A stretch of DNA of 64,000 nt from positions 3,168,001 through 3,232,000 of the forward strand of contig JASGHG010000001.1 in NCBI GenBank assembly GCA_047602425.1, read 5' to 3'. The notes beneath the pieces were generated by a model that was not told where the DNA came from, did not search any database, and saw only the letters and a list, made by a program, of their open reading frames with translations. This DNA comes from Nibricoccus sp. Its GTDB lineage: Bacteria; Verrucomicrobiota; Verrucomicrobiia; Opitutales; Opitutaceae. The translations under genes were made by a program, and so were the position numbers. Position 1 is the first letter of the stretch; every line of letters starts with the position of its first letter. This document shows, piece by piece, positions 9,147-18,799 of this stretch.

Positions 9147-11630
9147 CTATTCTGCGCGCAACGCCACGACGGGGTTGACGCGGGTGGCCCGGCGGGCAGG
9201 AAGAAGGCAGGCCAAGATGGCTGCGAGTGTGAGAAGGCCGGCGCTGATCGCGTAGGAAGTGGCGTCGTTGCGAGTGATGGAATAAAGCTGATTTTGCAGA
9301 AATTGACTCGCCGCCCAGGCGCCGATGGACCCAAACAAGAGACCAGGGACAACAAGGAATAAGCCGCGCCTCAAAATGTCGCGCAGCACGTCGCTCTGGC
9401 GCGCGCCGAGCGCCATGCGGATGCCGATTTCGCGGGTGCGCTGGCCGACGACGAACGCAAGGACGCCATACAGGCCGATCAGAGCCAACAACAATGCCGT
9501 ACCGGCAAAAAATACGAAGAGACGCAGGTTGAACTTCCGGCCCGAAATGCGTTCCTCCATCCGGTCATTCATGACGCGCACGTCATAGATGGGTTGATCG
9601 GGGAAGGCCTTGGCCAACGCATTGCGAACAGAATGAGTCATGCCGGCGGGGTCCGTTTTTGTTTTAAGCACCAAGTGCGAAAAGCCGGGATTCACGAACT
9701 GACGATAAGAGACATAAAATTCCGGCGTAGGACCCCGTTCGAGGCCGTTGCGGGTGACATCGCCTACGATTCCGATCACTTCCGCAGCCGGCAGACCCAT
9801 GCCGGGAAAACCGAGCGTGAAGCGTTTGCCGACGGCATTTTCTCCCGGCCAATATTTGTCGGCCATGCTCCGGCTGACGACAGCTTGGAGCACCACGCCC
9901 TTGAAAATGACACCAAGGTTTTCCGGGGTAACGGTGATGCCGGGAGGAAACTGGGTCGTGGGTTCGCTGCCGTCGAAAATTTTGCCTTGCAGTAAGGGAA
10001 TGCCAAGAGTCTGGAAAAAGTCCTTACTGACGGATCGGTAGCTGGCGGAGGGAAACTTGCTGGATTCTGGAACGGGCTGTCCGTCCAGATAGAACATAAT
10101 GGACGAGTTGCCCCACGTGAAAGGTAGATTGCTGCCGATGGCGCAGCTTTCAACGCCGGGAAGACTGCTCACCGAATCGATCGCCTGCTCATAGAACGTC
10201 ACGAAGATATTGGGCTCCTTCTGAAATTTTTCCATGGGTGGCGCGGTGACTTGGAGACTGAGAACATGGTCGGGCCGGATGCCGGGATTCACGTCCAACA
10301 CGTGCTGGAAACTGCGAATCAGGAGGCTCGCTCCGACAAGCAGAACGAGCGCGAGGGCGACCTGCACGCCGACCAATAAATCACGCAGACGCCAGCTGCC
10401 CCAGCGAGTATGCACAACCGCCACGGTTTGCTTGAGCGCATCGTTGGGATTGGCTTGGGAGAGGTGGCAGGCTGGAGCGAGGCCGAAGCCCACGCCGGTC
10501 AAAAGGGTGACGCCTATAGTAAAAGCAAGCACGCGCAAATCGATGCCGTCGGACGCATCGAGTAGTGGCTGCACCTGCCAGGGCACGAGGCGCTCAACTA
10601 ACCCGTATCCCCAAAGGCCGACCACGGTTCCCAGCAAGCCGCCGGCGAAGGCGAGCATGAGGCTTTCGGTCAGCAATTGACGGATGAGCTGGCCGCGGGT
10701 CGCGCCGAGAGCTGTGCGAATGGCCATTTCTTTCGTCCGGGTAAACGAACGTGCAAGGAGCATATTGGCGATGTTGACGCAGGCAATGAGCAGCACCGTG
10801 CCGACGGCACCACAGAGCAGCAATAGGTTGGTTCGGGAGCCTGACGCGATATGTTCGCGGAAAAGCGCGAGGCGGATATCGATCCCGCCATTTTCGGTTG
10901 GGTACTCCCGCTGCAGGCGTTGCGCGATCACCGACATTTGACCTTGTGCAGTCGCGAGCGAGACACCCGGTTTAAGCAGACCAATGGCAAAGGAGTTGCT
11001 GTGGCTGGCGCGCATCGTCAGCAAATTTTCCGAGGCAAAGGGTCCGACGGGCATGTAGATGTCAGCGCGTGTCACGAACCGGAATTTTGCGGGCAAAATT
11101 CCCGCGACCACGACGTCGCGTCCATCGATCTGGACAGCCTGTCCCACGATACCCTTGGCGCTGGCAAAATATCTTTGCCACGCGCCATCGGTCAGCCAGA
11201 CCGACGGTGCAGTGCCAGGATTATCGTCGTGGCTATTGGGCAGGCGTCCGAGTGCTGGTTGTACTCCGAGGGCGGAAAAAAATTCGCTCGTGATCAACAT
11301 GCAAGAAACGCGTTCCGAGCGTTCGGTCGTTTTGAGTTTCACGCCTTGGGTGCCAAAATGAAATGCGAGCGCGGCAAAGGTGTCCTGCTGCCGCTGCCAG
11401 TCCTGAAAATTTGGATACGATACGGACATTTCGCCGCCATTGCTGTATTCGTTGATGTAGACGATCCGTTCCTGATTGGGATACGGCAGGGGCCGCAGCA
11501 ACGCGTTGTTGATGACACTGAAAAAAGCGGTGTTGGCGCCGATGCCGAGGGCGAGCGTGAGCACGGCGATCACGGTGAAGCCGGGTGTTTTGGCAAACTG
11601 GCGGAAGGCGAGGCGAAGAGCGGAGAACAT
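9147..11630 (-). CDS. ABC transporter permease, ADOP-type, 827 aa
   Basis: MFSALRLAFRQFAKTPGF; VLLIACVNIANMLLAR; QRTREIGIRMALGA; VNPVVALRAE. Confidence 0.92.
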   Translation of the reverse strand: MFSALRLAFRQFAKTPGFTVIAVLTLALGIGANTAFFSVINNALLRPLPYPNQERIVYINEYSNGGEMSVSYPNFQDWQRQQDTFAALAFHFGTQGVKLKTTERSERVSCMLITSEFFSALGVQPALGRLPNSHDDNPGTAPSVWLTDGAWQRYFASAKGIVGQAVQIDGRDVVVAGILPAKFRFVTRADIYMPVGPFASENLLTMRASHSNSFAIGLLKPGVSLATAQGQMSVIAQRLQREYPTENGGIDIRLALFREHIASGSRTNLLLLCGAVGTVLLIACVNIANMLLARSFTRTKEMAIRTALGATRGQLIRQLLTESLMLAFAGGLLGTVVGLWGYGLVERLVPWQVQPLLDASDGIDLRVLAFTIGVTLLTGVGFGLAPACHLSQANPNDALKQTVAVVHTRWGSWRLRDLLVGVQVALALVLLVGASLLIRSFQHVLDVNPGIRPDHVLSLQVTAPPMEKFQKEPNIFVTFYEQAIDSVSSLPGVESCAIGSNLPFTWGNSSIMFYLDGQPVPESSKFPSASYRSVSKDFFQTLGIPLLQGKIFDGSEPTTQFPPGITVTPENLGVIFKGVVLQAVVSRSMADKYWPGENAVGKRFTLGFPGMGLPAAEVIGIVGDVTRNGLERGPTPEFYVSYRQFVNPGFSHLVLKTKTDPAGMTHSVRNALAKAFPDQPIYDVRVMNDRMEERISGRKFNLRLFVFFAGTALLLALIGLYGVLAFVVGQRTREIGIRMALGARQSDVLRDILRRGLFLVVPGLLFGSIGAWAASQFLQNQLYSITRNDATSYAISAGLLTLAAILACLLPARRATRVNPVVALRAE

Positions 11631-11718
11631 TTGAGTTGAAGTTTGAAGTTTAAGTTGAGGTGGGTGCAGGTGCCGGTTGCTTGAACTTTAACTTTCCACT
11701 TCGACTGCGCCGAAGGCG

Positions 11719-14148
11719 CTATTCGGAACGAAGGGCTACGACGGGATTAACGCGGGTGGCGCGCCAGGCGGGGAGCCAGCAGGCGAGGAGAGCGATCCCG
11801 GCGAGAAGGAGCGAAACCGAACCAAAGACAAGAGGGTCAAACGGATGCACGCCGTGCAGGAAGCCGGAGACGAGGCGGGTGGTCACGGCCGAGAGCGCGA
11901 GGCCGGCCACAAGTCCGAGCGCTGCAATTTTGAACCCCTGGCCGAGCACAAGACGCAATACTTGCACGGGCGCAGCTCCGAGCGCCATGCGCACGCCGAA
12001 TTCCTGCGTGCGCTGACTGACGGTGTAGGCCATCACCGCGTAAACGCCCATCGCCGCGAGCAGCAGCGCGATACCGCCGAGCAGGAGCAACAAGTTGGCC
12101 GCCATTAGGTGCGGGAACAGCGCCATGCTCGAATGGGCGGTGAGCGTGAGTGTATCCAAAAGTTCAACACCGGGATCGAGCTGACGGACAGTTTCGCGCA
12201 TCGTGGCGGCGAAGGCGACGGGATCTCCTTTGGTCCGCACGCAAAGAGCGAGGTCGAGATCCGGCACGCCTTGCTGGTAGGGGAGGTAGAAGAAACAGCG
12301 GGCGGCTTCGTCGACGCGGTTGTATTTGCCGGCCTTAGCCACGCCTACGATGGTGCGCCACTGGCCGCCGGAGCGGAACTTACGTCCGAGTGGGTCCTGA
12401 CCGGGCCAGAAGCGTTGGGCAAAATGTTCGTTGACGATGGCGACCAGTGGGGTGGCCGAATCGTCGGCATCGGTGAAATCGCGTCCGCTCACGAGCGGAA
12501 TGCGCATAGCGGCAAAATACCGCGGGGAAATGATGGCGAGTTCATAGTTGGAATCTTCTCCACGCGGGCGGACGTAACCCTCAACGGCGACGCCCGAACC
12601 TTTGCAACCGCCTAGTCCGAGAGGGAACCAGCTCGCGAACGCGGCTTCCTCGACTTCGGGGCGCTCAGCCAGTCGCTGGCGGAGATTGCGATAAAAAGTT
12701 TTCCCGGTTTCCCGGTTGTAGCCGTTCATACCGACCTGCAATTGGCCGATAAGGACATGGTCGGGTTTGAAACCGATATCGACCTGCCGCGCCTGGCGCA
12801 GGCCTTTGATGCAAAGACCCGCGCCGATCAGGAGCAGAAGCGCGAGGGCGATTTCGACCGCGACGAGCGTGTTGCGCAGGCGATTGTGAGTGGCACCGCC
12901 AGAGGCGGAGCGGCCACCCTCTTTGAGGGCTTCAACGAGATTCGGCCGTGTCGATTGGAGCGCCGGCGCGATGCCGAAGAGCAGGCCGGTGACCAGCGTG
13001 AGCAGCAAAGTCAGTCCCAGCGACCAGCCATCGAGGGCAAATTCCAATTGCGCGCGCGCCGCGAGCTCTTTGGGCAAAAATAAGACCAGCGCGTCGACCA
13101 CCTGCCACGCGAAGAAGACGCCGAGCGCGCCGCCGGCTAACGCGTAGAGCAGGCTTTCGGTGATGAATTGGCGGATCAACCGAGCGCGCGACGCTCCGGC
13201 GGAGAGGCGCACGGCGATTTCTTTGCGCCGACTCGTGGCGCGGGCGAGCATGAGATTGGCGACGTTGGCGGTGACGATCAGTTGTACCCCGAGGCAAACG
13301 GCCAGCAACAGGCTGAGCGCCGGCCCCATGACGGTTTGCGCTCCCCAAGGGCATTGGCTGAGGGGAACGACGCGATGTTGGGCGTCGCGGTTGGTTTTGG
13401 GATATTCGGTGGCGAGCCGGGCATTGGCGGTCGAGACGGCGGCGTGAGCTTGTTCGACGGAGATGCCGGATTGCAGCCGGGCGAGATTGTGCCAACCGCG
13501 GGCGTCGCGCTGGGTGAGAAAACCACGGCCTTGATTGCGCACTTCCGAAATCATCGAGGCTGGAGCCCAGGCGTCGCAACGGACAGGATTGATCGTGCCG
13601 CGAAAAGCCGAGGGCACGACGCCAATGATAGTGAAATTCTGGCGGTTGAGGTCGACGTTCTTACCGATAATGGAAGGATCGGCCGAGAACTGGCTCCTCC
13701 AGAGACGCTCGCTGATGACGAGCAACGGATTGCCGCCGGGTTGCTGGTCTTCACCGGGTTGGAACGTGCGGCCAAGGATGGATTTTACGCCGAGCAGATC
13801 GAAGAAGTTGGCGGTGACGACCTGGGCTTCAATCCAGCGTGTCTGCCGGTCGATCGTGAGGTAGGCATTGGTCGACATCGTGGCGAGAGTTCCCGCGAAG
13901 ACATCGTTCATTTTCCCGAAGTCCTCCAGATCGGGGAGCGAGGCATTGCCACCGCCCGAATTCGAGACAATCACAACAATGCGACCGGTCTCCGTCACTC
14001 CGGGCAGTGGGCTCATGACGAACTTCTGCAGCCAGCAGAGCACCGTGGTATTCGCACCGATACCAAGCGCCAGCGACAACACGACGACGGCCGTGAAGCC
14101 GGGTGATTTGCAGAACTGGCGGAAAGCGTAACGTAGATCGGCGAGCAC
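11719..14148 (-). CDS. ABC transporter permease, ADOP-type, 809 aa (GTG start)
   Basis: MLADLRYAFRQFCKSPGF; RRKEIAVRLSAGASR; QRTQEFGVRMALGA; VNPVVALRSE. Confidence 0.92.
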   Translation of the reverse strand: MLADLRYAFRQFCKSPGFTAVVVLSLALGIGANTTVLCWLQKFVMSPLPGVTETGRIVVIVSNSGGGNASLPDLEDFGKMNDVFAGTLATMSTNAYLTIDRQTRWIEAQVVTANFFDLLGVKSILGRTFQPGEDQQPGGNPLLVISERLWRSQFSADPSIIGKNVDLNRQNFTIIGVVPSAFRGTINPVRCDAWAPASMISEVRNQGRGFLTQRDARGWHNLARLQSGISVEQAHAAVSTANARLATEYPKTNRDAQHRVVPLSQCPWGAQTVMGPALSLLLAVCLGVQLIVTANVANLMLARATSRRKEIAVRLSAGASRARLIRQFITESLLYALAGGALGVFFAWQVVDALVLFLPKELAARAQLEFALDGWSLGLTLLLTLVTGLLFGIAPALQSTRPNLVEALKEGGRSASGGATHNRLRNTLVAVEIALALLLLIGAGLCIKGLRQARQVDIGFKPDHVLIGQLQVGMNGYNRETGKTFYRNLRQRLAERPEVEEAAFASWFPLGLGGCKGSGVAVEGYVRPRGEDSNYELAIISPRYFAAMRIPLVSGRDFTDADDSATPLVAIVNEHFAQRFWPGQDPLGRKFRSGGQWRTIVGVAKAGKYNRVDEAARCFFYLPYQQGVPDLDLALCVRTKGDPVAFAATMRETVRQLDPGVELLDTLTLTAHSSMALFPHLMAANLLLLLGGIALLLAAMGVYAVMAYTVSQRTQEFGVRMALGAAPVQVLRLVLGQGFKIAALGLVAGLALSAVTTRLVSGFLHGVHPFDPLVFGSVSLLLAGIALLACWLPAWRATRVNPVVALRSE

Positions 14149-14160
14149 GAGAGGGACGGT

Positions 14161-14322
14161 TTAATTGCTTTTCTTGGAAATTTTCGCCGACATCTTTTCC
14201 CGGAGGAGACCGAACAAGTAACCGGCGGGAATTGCGATGACGGCGGTAAAGGCGATGGCGACGACAGCGAACCCGTTGGCATGCGTGGGCAACACGAGGG
14301 CAATGAGAGGTTCGCAGGACAT
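14161..14322 (-). CDS. Small single-pass membrane protein, 53 aa (absent from ORF track)
   Basis: Manual translation MSCEPLIALVLPTHANGFAVVAIAFTAVIAIPAGYLFGLLREKMSAKISKKSN*; fills the gap between ATPase and permease with 7-nt and 12-nt spacers; hydrophobic helix followed by a basic tail. Confidence 0.65.
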   Translation of the reverse strand: MSCEPLIALVLPTHANGFAVVAIAFTAVIAIPAGYLFGLLREKMSAKISKKSN

Positions 14323-14329
14323 GGGGAAA

Positions 14330-15001
14330 TTATTTTTGGTCCACGATCATGCCATCGGAGAGCCGCACAATGCGCGAACCGTAGGTGGCATTCTCATTGG
14401 AGTGTGTGACTTGGACGATGGTTATGCCTTGTTCGGCATTGAGCTTTTTGAACAGCGTCATGATCTCGCGGCCCTGGTCTGAATGGAGATTGCCGGTGGG
14501 CTCGTCGGCGAGGATGAGCGAAGGTTTGGCCACGAGTGCGCGGGCCACGCCAACGAGCTGCTGTTGTCCACCAGAGAGCTGGTTCGGATAAAGGTCTTTT
14601 TTGCCGACGATGGCGAAACGATCGAGCGTCTCGCAGACGATGCTCTCGCGCTCCTTCTTGGAATAGTTTCGGTACGAAAGAGGGATTTCCAGGTTCTCGT
14701 AGACGGTAAGTTCATCGAGCAGATGATACTGTTGGAAGATGAAGCCGATGTTTTCTTTTTGCAGGGCGGCGCGTTGGGCGCGGTTGAGCGAGTGGACGGC
14801 AACGTTGCGGAACTGATATTCGCCGTCCCAACTGGCATCGTGAAGGCCGAGGATATGAAGCAGGGTAGATTTACCCGAGCCAGACGGGCCCATGATGGAA
14901 ACGAATTCCCCTTCGTTGATCTGAAAATTGATGCCGCGCACGGCATAGAAAGGGCCGCCTTTTAGCGGGAATATGCGGTTGATGTTGCGAAGTGTAATCA
15001 T
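14330..15001 (-). CDS. ABC transporter ATP-binding protein (MacB/LolD-like), 223 aa
   Basis: Walker [10 protein letters not shown], signature LSGGQQQ, Walker [13 protein letters not shown]-loop VTH. Confidence 0.93.
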   Translation of the reverse strand: MITLRNINRIFPLKGGPFYAVRGINFQINEGEFVSIMGPSGSGKSTLLHILGLHDASWDGEYQFRNVAVHSLNRAQRAALQKENIGFIFQQYHLLDELTVYENLEIPLSYRNYSKKERESIVCETLDRFAIVGKKDLYPNQLSGGQQQLVGVARALVAKPSLILADEPTGNLHSDQGREIMTLFKKLNAEQGITIVQVTHSNENATYGSRIVRLSDGMIVDQK

Positions 15002-16641
15002 GGTGAAAATGACGATTTTCGGTTGTTCGTGGGGGAGAAGAGCCGTCCTTGGTCTTTGTCACGTATTACGTGACAATTGGCATTAGCGGTTGACGATTGT
15101 TGTCCATGGGGAGCGAAGGCGATGTGGTAGGTGGCAAGGGTGCGACCGGTTTGGCGGTCGTAGTCGGCAAGGGCTTTGCGGTGATCGGCACGGGCCTGGG
15201 CGGCGGCGATCTCGGCGCTGGAAAGTTGTTCCTGTTGGTAGAGGACGTTGAAGGTTGAGCCCGTTCCGGCGCGCAGGCGCTTGAGTTCGGCCTCGAGCAT
15301 TTCCTCGTTAAGCTTTTGGGCAATTTCGGTGGTGGCCACGCGATTGCGCGTGGACTCGACCTGTTGAGCGGCGTTACTGACGTCGATGAGGATATCCTGT
15401 TCGAGGCGCTCAAGATTAACTTCGGCCTGGCGCAGACGAAGCTTGGCAGCGCGGGCGCGACCGCGCTCGGCGGCGGAAGTCAGAGGAACGCTGACGGAAA
15501 TACCGGCGGAGCTGGCGACATAGGTTTGGCGGCGGGCGTCAGTTCGGCTCGCTGCGAAGTCCGGTCCGATGCCATTGTAGCCATAGCTTCCATTGAGATC
15601 GACGCGCGGTAGCAGTTGATTGCGATAGTAACGCCGGTCGAGGCCGCTTTTATCGACGCCGAGCTTGGCGCTGCGGTAGTCTGGCCGTTGTTTGAGGGCA
15701 TCGCGAAAGCCCGAAGCGGCATCGACGTCGACCGCCGGCGCGACCGGCAGCGGCTCAATGCGCAAATTCCAATGGAGAAAATCGGGGTTGTGTTCGTCAC
15801 CGATAAGTTGCTTGAGAAAATTTTCAGACAAACGAACGCCGCGCTCTGCGCGGAGGACATAGTCTTCGCGGTTGGCGACGCGGGCTTTTGCGGAAAGGAC
15901 ATCATATTCGGATGTCGCTCCTCGCTGACGCCGACCCTCGTTTTCGTTGTGAAGTTGCACGGCCATGTCACGGGAACGGATCGCGCTTCTGAGATAGGCG
16001 TGGGCGAGGTGCAGGTCACTGTAGGCGTAAATGACCTGGGTAATGAGGTTGGTTATGGTCTCGGCATATTCCCACTCGGAGATGGCGAGGTTGGTTCGGG
16101 CGATTCGGATTTCGTACAGACTGGGTGTAAGGCCGAAGTCGCGAAGCAAAGGTTGGGTCAACGAGACTCCGCCATAGGTCGCATAGCTGTCGGCGAAATT
16201 GTTAAACGTGCCCCGCTGATTGCTCGTCGTTGCCCCAAACTGATAGATTGTGCCAAGCGGGAGAAGGCCGGTTAAGGCGAGGCTGGCATCGTTGGTTTTG
16301 GAAACGTCCGCAGCCGGGCGGACGCCGCTGACCGGGTCGATTGGGTTGGGAGCTTCATCTTTCGCTTCCTGATAGGAACCGGTTATTTTAGGATCATACT
16401 TACCCCAGGCTTCGGTGAGCCTGGCGCGTGCGATCTGTGGATTGAACGCATTGACCTTGAGCACGAAGTTTTTTTCAAGGGCGAGACGGATGGCCTGTTC
16501 GAGATTGATGACCTTTTCGGTTTGCGCGGTGTCGGTCGCACCGTTGGCGCGTGGGGCCAGCGGTGACAGCGCGAGCAGAACAAAACCGAACAGACAACTT
16601 TGGAGAAAAAACGACATGATGGAACAGGCGCGGATTGTCAC
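14998..16641 (-). CDS. TolC-family outer membrane efflux protein (alternative start ATG 16617)
   Basis: Signal peptide; LEQAIRLALEKN; ALKQRPDY and LLPRVDL OEP repeats; stop overlaps the next start (ATGA). Confidence 0.88.
   Translation of the reverse strand: MTIRACSIMSFFLQSCLFGFVLLALSPLAPRANGATDTAQTEKVINLEQAIRLALEKNFVLKVNAFNPQIARARLTEAWGKYDPKITGSYQEAKDEAPNPIDPVSGVRPAADVSKTNDASLALTGLLPLGTIYQFGATTSNQRGTFNNFADSYATYGGVSLTQPLLRDFGLTPSLYEIRIARTNLAISEWEYAETITNLITQVIYAYSDLHLAHAYLRSAIRSRDMAVQLHNENEGRRQRGATSEYDVLSAKARVANREDYVLRAERGVRLSENFLKQLIGDEHNPDFLHWNLRIEPLPVAPAVDVDAASGFRDALKQRPDYRSAKLGVDKSGLDRRYYRNQLLPRVDLNGSYGYNGIGPDFAASRTDARRQTYVASSAGISVSVPLTSAAERGRARAAKLRLRQAEVNLERLEQDILIDVSNAAQQVESTRNRVATTEIAQKLNEEMLEAELKRLRAGTGSTFNVLYQQEQLSSAEIAAAQARADHRKALADYDRQTGRTLATYHIAFAPHGQQSSTANANCHVIRDKDQGRLFSPTNNRKSSFSP
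15056..15076. repeat. 21-bp perfect palindrome TTGTCACGTA-T-TACGTGACAA, in frame in the TolC C-terminal tail (CHVIRDK)
   Basis: Read directly; same family as the copies at 22521, 22577 and 31052. Confidence 0.8.
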
Positions 16642-16644
16642 AGC

Positions 16645-17364
16645 TTAGGCTTTGGCCTGAATGGGATTGGTCGATTCGGTCTGTTCCTGGACGATGCGGC
16701 CGTCGAAGAGATGCACGGTTCGGTCGGCCCGGCTGGCGAAGCGATTATCGTGAGTCACCATGACGATGGTGGCACCTTCACGATGGAGAGCGGAGAGTAG
16801 GTCCATGACCGCTTCACCGTTTTTCGAGTCGAGGTTACCGGTTGGTTCGTCCGCGAGGAGGACGGCGGGATCGCCGGCGAGGGCGCGGGCGACGGCGACA
16901 CGCTGTTGCTGACCGCCGGAGAGTTGCGAAGGCAGGTGTTTTGCACGATGGCTCATGCCGACTTTTTCGAGAGCACCGAGGACGCGTTGTTTGCGTTCGG
17001 CCGGGGCCATGCCGCGGTAGCTGAGCGGAAGCTCGACGTTTTCGAACACGTTGAGATCGCCGATCAAGTTGAATGATTGAAAAATGAAACCGATCTCGCG
17101 GTTGCGGATGCGGGCGCGGTCCGCGAGCGTGAGGCTTTGGACCGGCTGATTATTCAGCATGTAGGTGCCGTCGGACGGTGTGTCGAGCAGTCCAAGGATG
17201 GACAGCAGGGTGGATTTTCCGCAACCGGAAGGGCCGGCGATCGAGAGATATTCGCCCTTGTTGATTTCGAGGTGGATGCCGGAGAGGGCATGTGTTTCGA
17301 CCTCGTCGGCGAGGAAAACCTTGGTGACGGCGTTGAGCTGGATGAGAGGTGTTTTTTGTGACAT
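16645..17364 (-). CDS. ABC transporter ATP-binding protein (MacB/LolD-like), 239 aa
   Basis: [35 protein letters not shown]. Confidence 0.94.
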   Translation of the reverse strand: MSQKTPLIQLNAVTKVFLADEVETHALSGIHLEINKGEYLSIAGPSGCGKSTLLSILGLLDTPSDGTYMLNNQPVQSLTLADRARIRNREIGFIFQSFNLIGDLNVFENVELPLSYRGMAPAERKQRVLGALEKVGMSHRAKHLPSQLSGGQQQRVAVARALAGDPAVLLADEPTGNLDSKNGEAVMDLLSALHREGATIVMVTHDNRFASRADRTVHLFDGRIVQEQTESTNPIQAKA

Positions 17365-17391
17365 GGAGGTTGGATAGGGTTCGTGTTGAAA

Positions 17392-18645
17392 TCAGTTGAG
17401 TTTGATGCGGTCGGTGGAATCCCACTGGGACATATCGGAAAGGATCACGCGGTCGCCGGGGTGCAGGCCGTTGACGATTTCGATGGTGTTGACCGAACTA
17501 CGGCCGAGTTGGACGGTGGCGCGCTGGGCATGCACTCCATCGGCCGCGAGGAGGAAGAGGCCGATGTTGCTGCGTTCCTGGCCGGAAGCGGGGCGGCCAA
17601 CGTAGATGATGTCATTGAGCCGCTCGAGTTCAATGGTGCCATCGACGGAGAGAGACGGACGGGCGCCTCTGGGCAGCTCGCTGGTGAGGCGGATGTCGAC
17701 CGTCACAGTGCCATTTTGCACGGAAGGATCGATGCGGGAAACACGGCCTTCGATCAGGCCATTGCGCGTGTCGATGGAGGCTGGTTGGTCAAGTTGGATG
17801 TCGCGGGCCTGGGTTTCAGCAATGCGCACCTCGGCCTTGAGATGACTGGGATCGACGACGCGGGCGACGTTGGCGCCGGGCTGGACTTGGGCGCCCACTT
17901 CGACCGGCAACTCTTGAAGGACGCCATTCATGCCCGCGCGGACGTTGAGCGCTTCGGCATCGTCGCGGCGGAGTTTGGCCTGGGCTGTGGCGCGGTCGAC
18001 CGCTGCCTGTTTTACGGCGAGTTGCGGTTCGAGCGAGTCCTTTGTGAAGGCGTAGCGTTTCTTTTCGATTTCATAGCGGGAAGAGGCGTCCTCGGCGGCG
18101 ACTTTCGAGCGACGTAGTTCAAGAGCGGATACAAGACCGTCCTTGAACAAATCCTCGTTGACCTCGGCTTGAAGGCGGGTGGTCTCAAACGAGGATTTTG
18201 CCGCGGCGAGGCTGGCCTCGGCGTCGAGCACACCGCGTTGAAGCTGAACGTTGAAGGTGACGAATTCCGCTTCGGCGGACTTGAGGTCGGCCTCGGCGTC
18301 GACCGCGGCTTGTTGCACAGTCGGATTGGCCAGCACCAGGATCACGCTCTCGGGTTCGACGGCAGCGCCGGGACGCAGCACGATGCGTTCGACGCGGCCT
18401 TGTGTGCGAGCGGCGATCCAGCGGATTTCCTCGGGAATCAGCGTGCCGAGACCGCGAACTTGCCGAACCATTGAGCCCCGCTTAACGGTGTCGATCCAGA
18501 CAAGATTTTTGTCGACGGTCGGCGCCGCGGGTTTGAGGCGCGCAACGAGCACACTGACGACGATCAAAACTAAAGCGCCAGCGACGGCGTAGGTGAGACG
18601 ACGTTTCTTTTTGGCGCGGGCCAGATCGGGACGGGCGATATCCAT
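17392..18645 (-). CDS. HlyD/MacA-family periplasmic adaptor, 417 aa
   Basis: N-terminal basic patch and TM helix, lipoyl-like GRVERIVLRPG, coiled-coil hairpin, C-terminal GLHPGDRVILS. Confidence 0.9.
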   Translation of the reverse strand: MDIARPDLARAKKKRRLTYAVAGALVLIVVSVLVARLKPAAPTVDKNLVWIDTVKRGSMVRQVRGLGTLIPEEIRWIAARTQGRVERIVLRPGAAVEPESVILVLANPTVQQAAVDAEADLKSAEAEFVTFNVQLQRGVLDAEASLAAAKSSFETTRLQAEVNEDLFKDGLVSALELRRSKVAAEDASSRYEIEKKRYAFTKDSLEPQLAVKQAAVDRATAQAKLRRDDAEALNVRAGMNGVLQELPVEVGAQVQPGANVARVVDPSHLKAEVRIAETQARDIQLDQPASIDTRNGLIEGRVSRIDPSVQNGTVTVDIRLTSELPRGARPSLSVDGTIELERLNDIIYVGRPASGQERSNIGLFLLAADGVHAQRATVQLGRSSVNTIEIVNGLHPGDRVILSDMSQWDSTDRIKLN

Positions 18646-18656
18646 ATCCCTCTAAT

Positions 18657-18673
18657 TGCAGTCACCATGCCAA
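18657..18673 (-). promoter_or_regulatory. sigma54 -24/-12 promoter of the adaptor-ATPase-TolC-permease operon
   Basis: Minus strand TTGGCATGGTGACTGCA = GG-N10-GC; lies next to a sigma54 activator gene. Confidence 0.75.
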
Positions 18674-18748
18674 GCATATTTAGATTTTATAAGATGCGAA
18701 GCAATAAATAGATAAAAATTACTGCAACCAATCGGATAATCCAAACTG

Positions 18749-18785
18749 ACCGATGTTGGGAATACGCCGTCCCAAAAATGGGACG
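18749..18785. promoter_or_regulatory. Putative tandem enhancer (UAS): ACCG-N5-GGGAA plus perfect palindrome CGTCCCA-N4-TGGGACG
   Basis: Palindrome at 18768-18785, about 95 bp upstream of the sigma54 site; the same arrangement recurs at 22001-22037. Confidence 0.7.
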
Positions 18786-18799
18786 ATTTTCGAGGGTTG

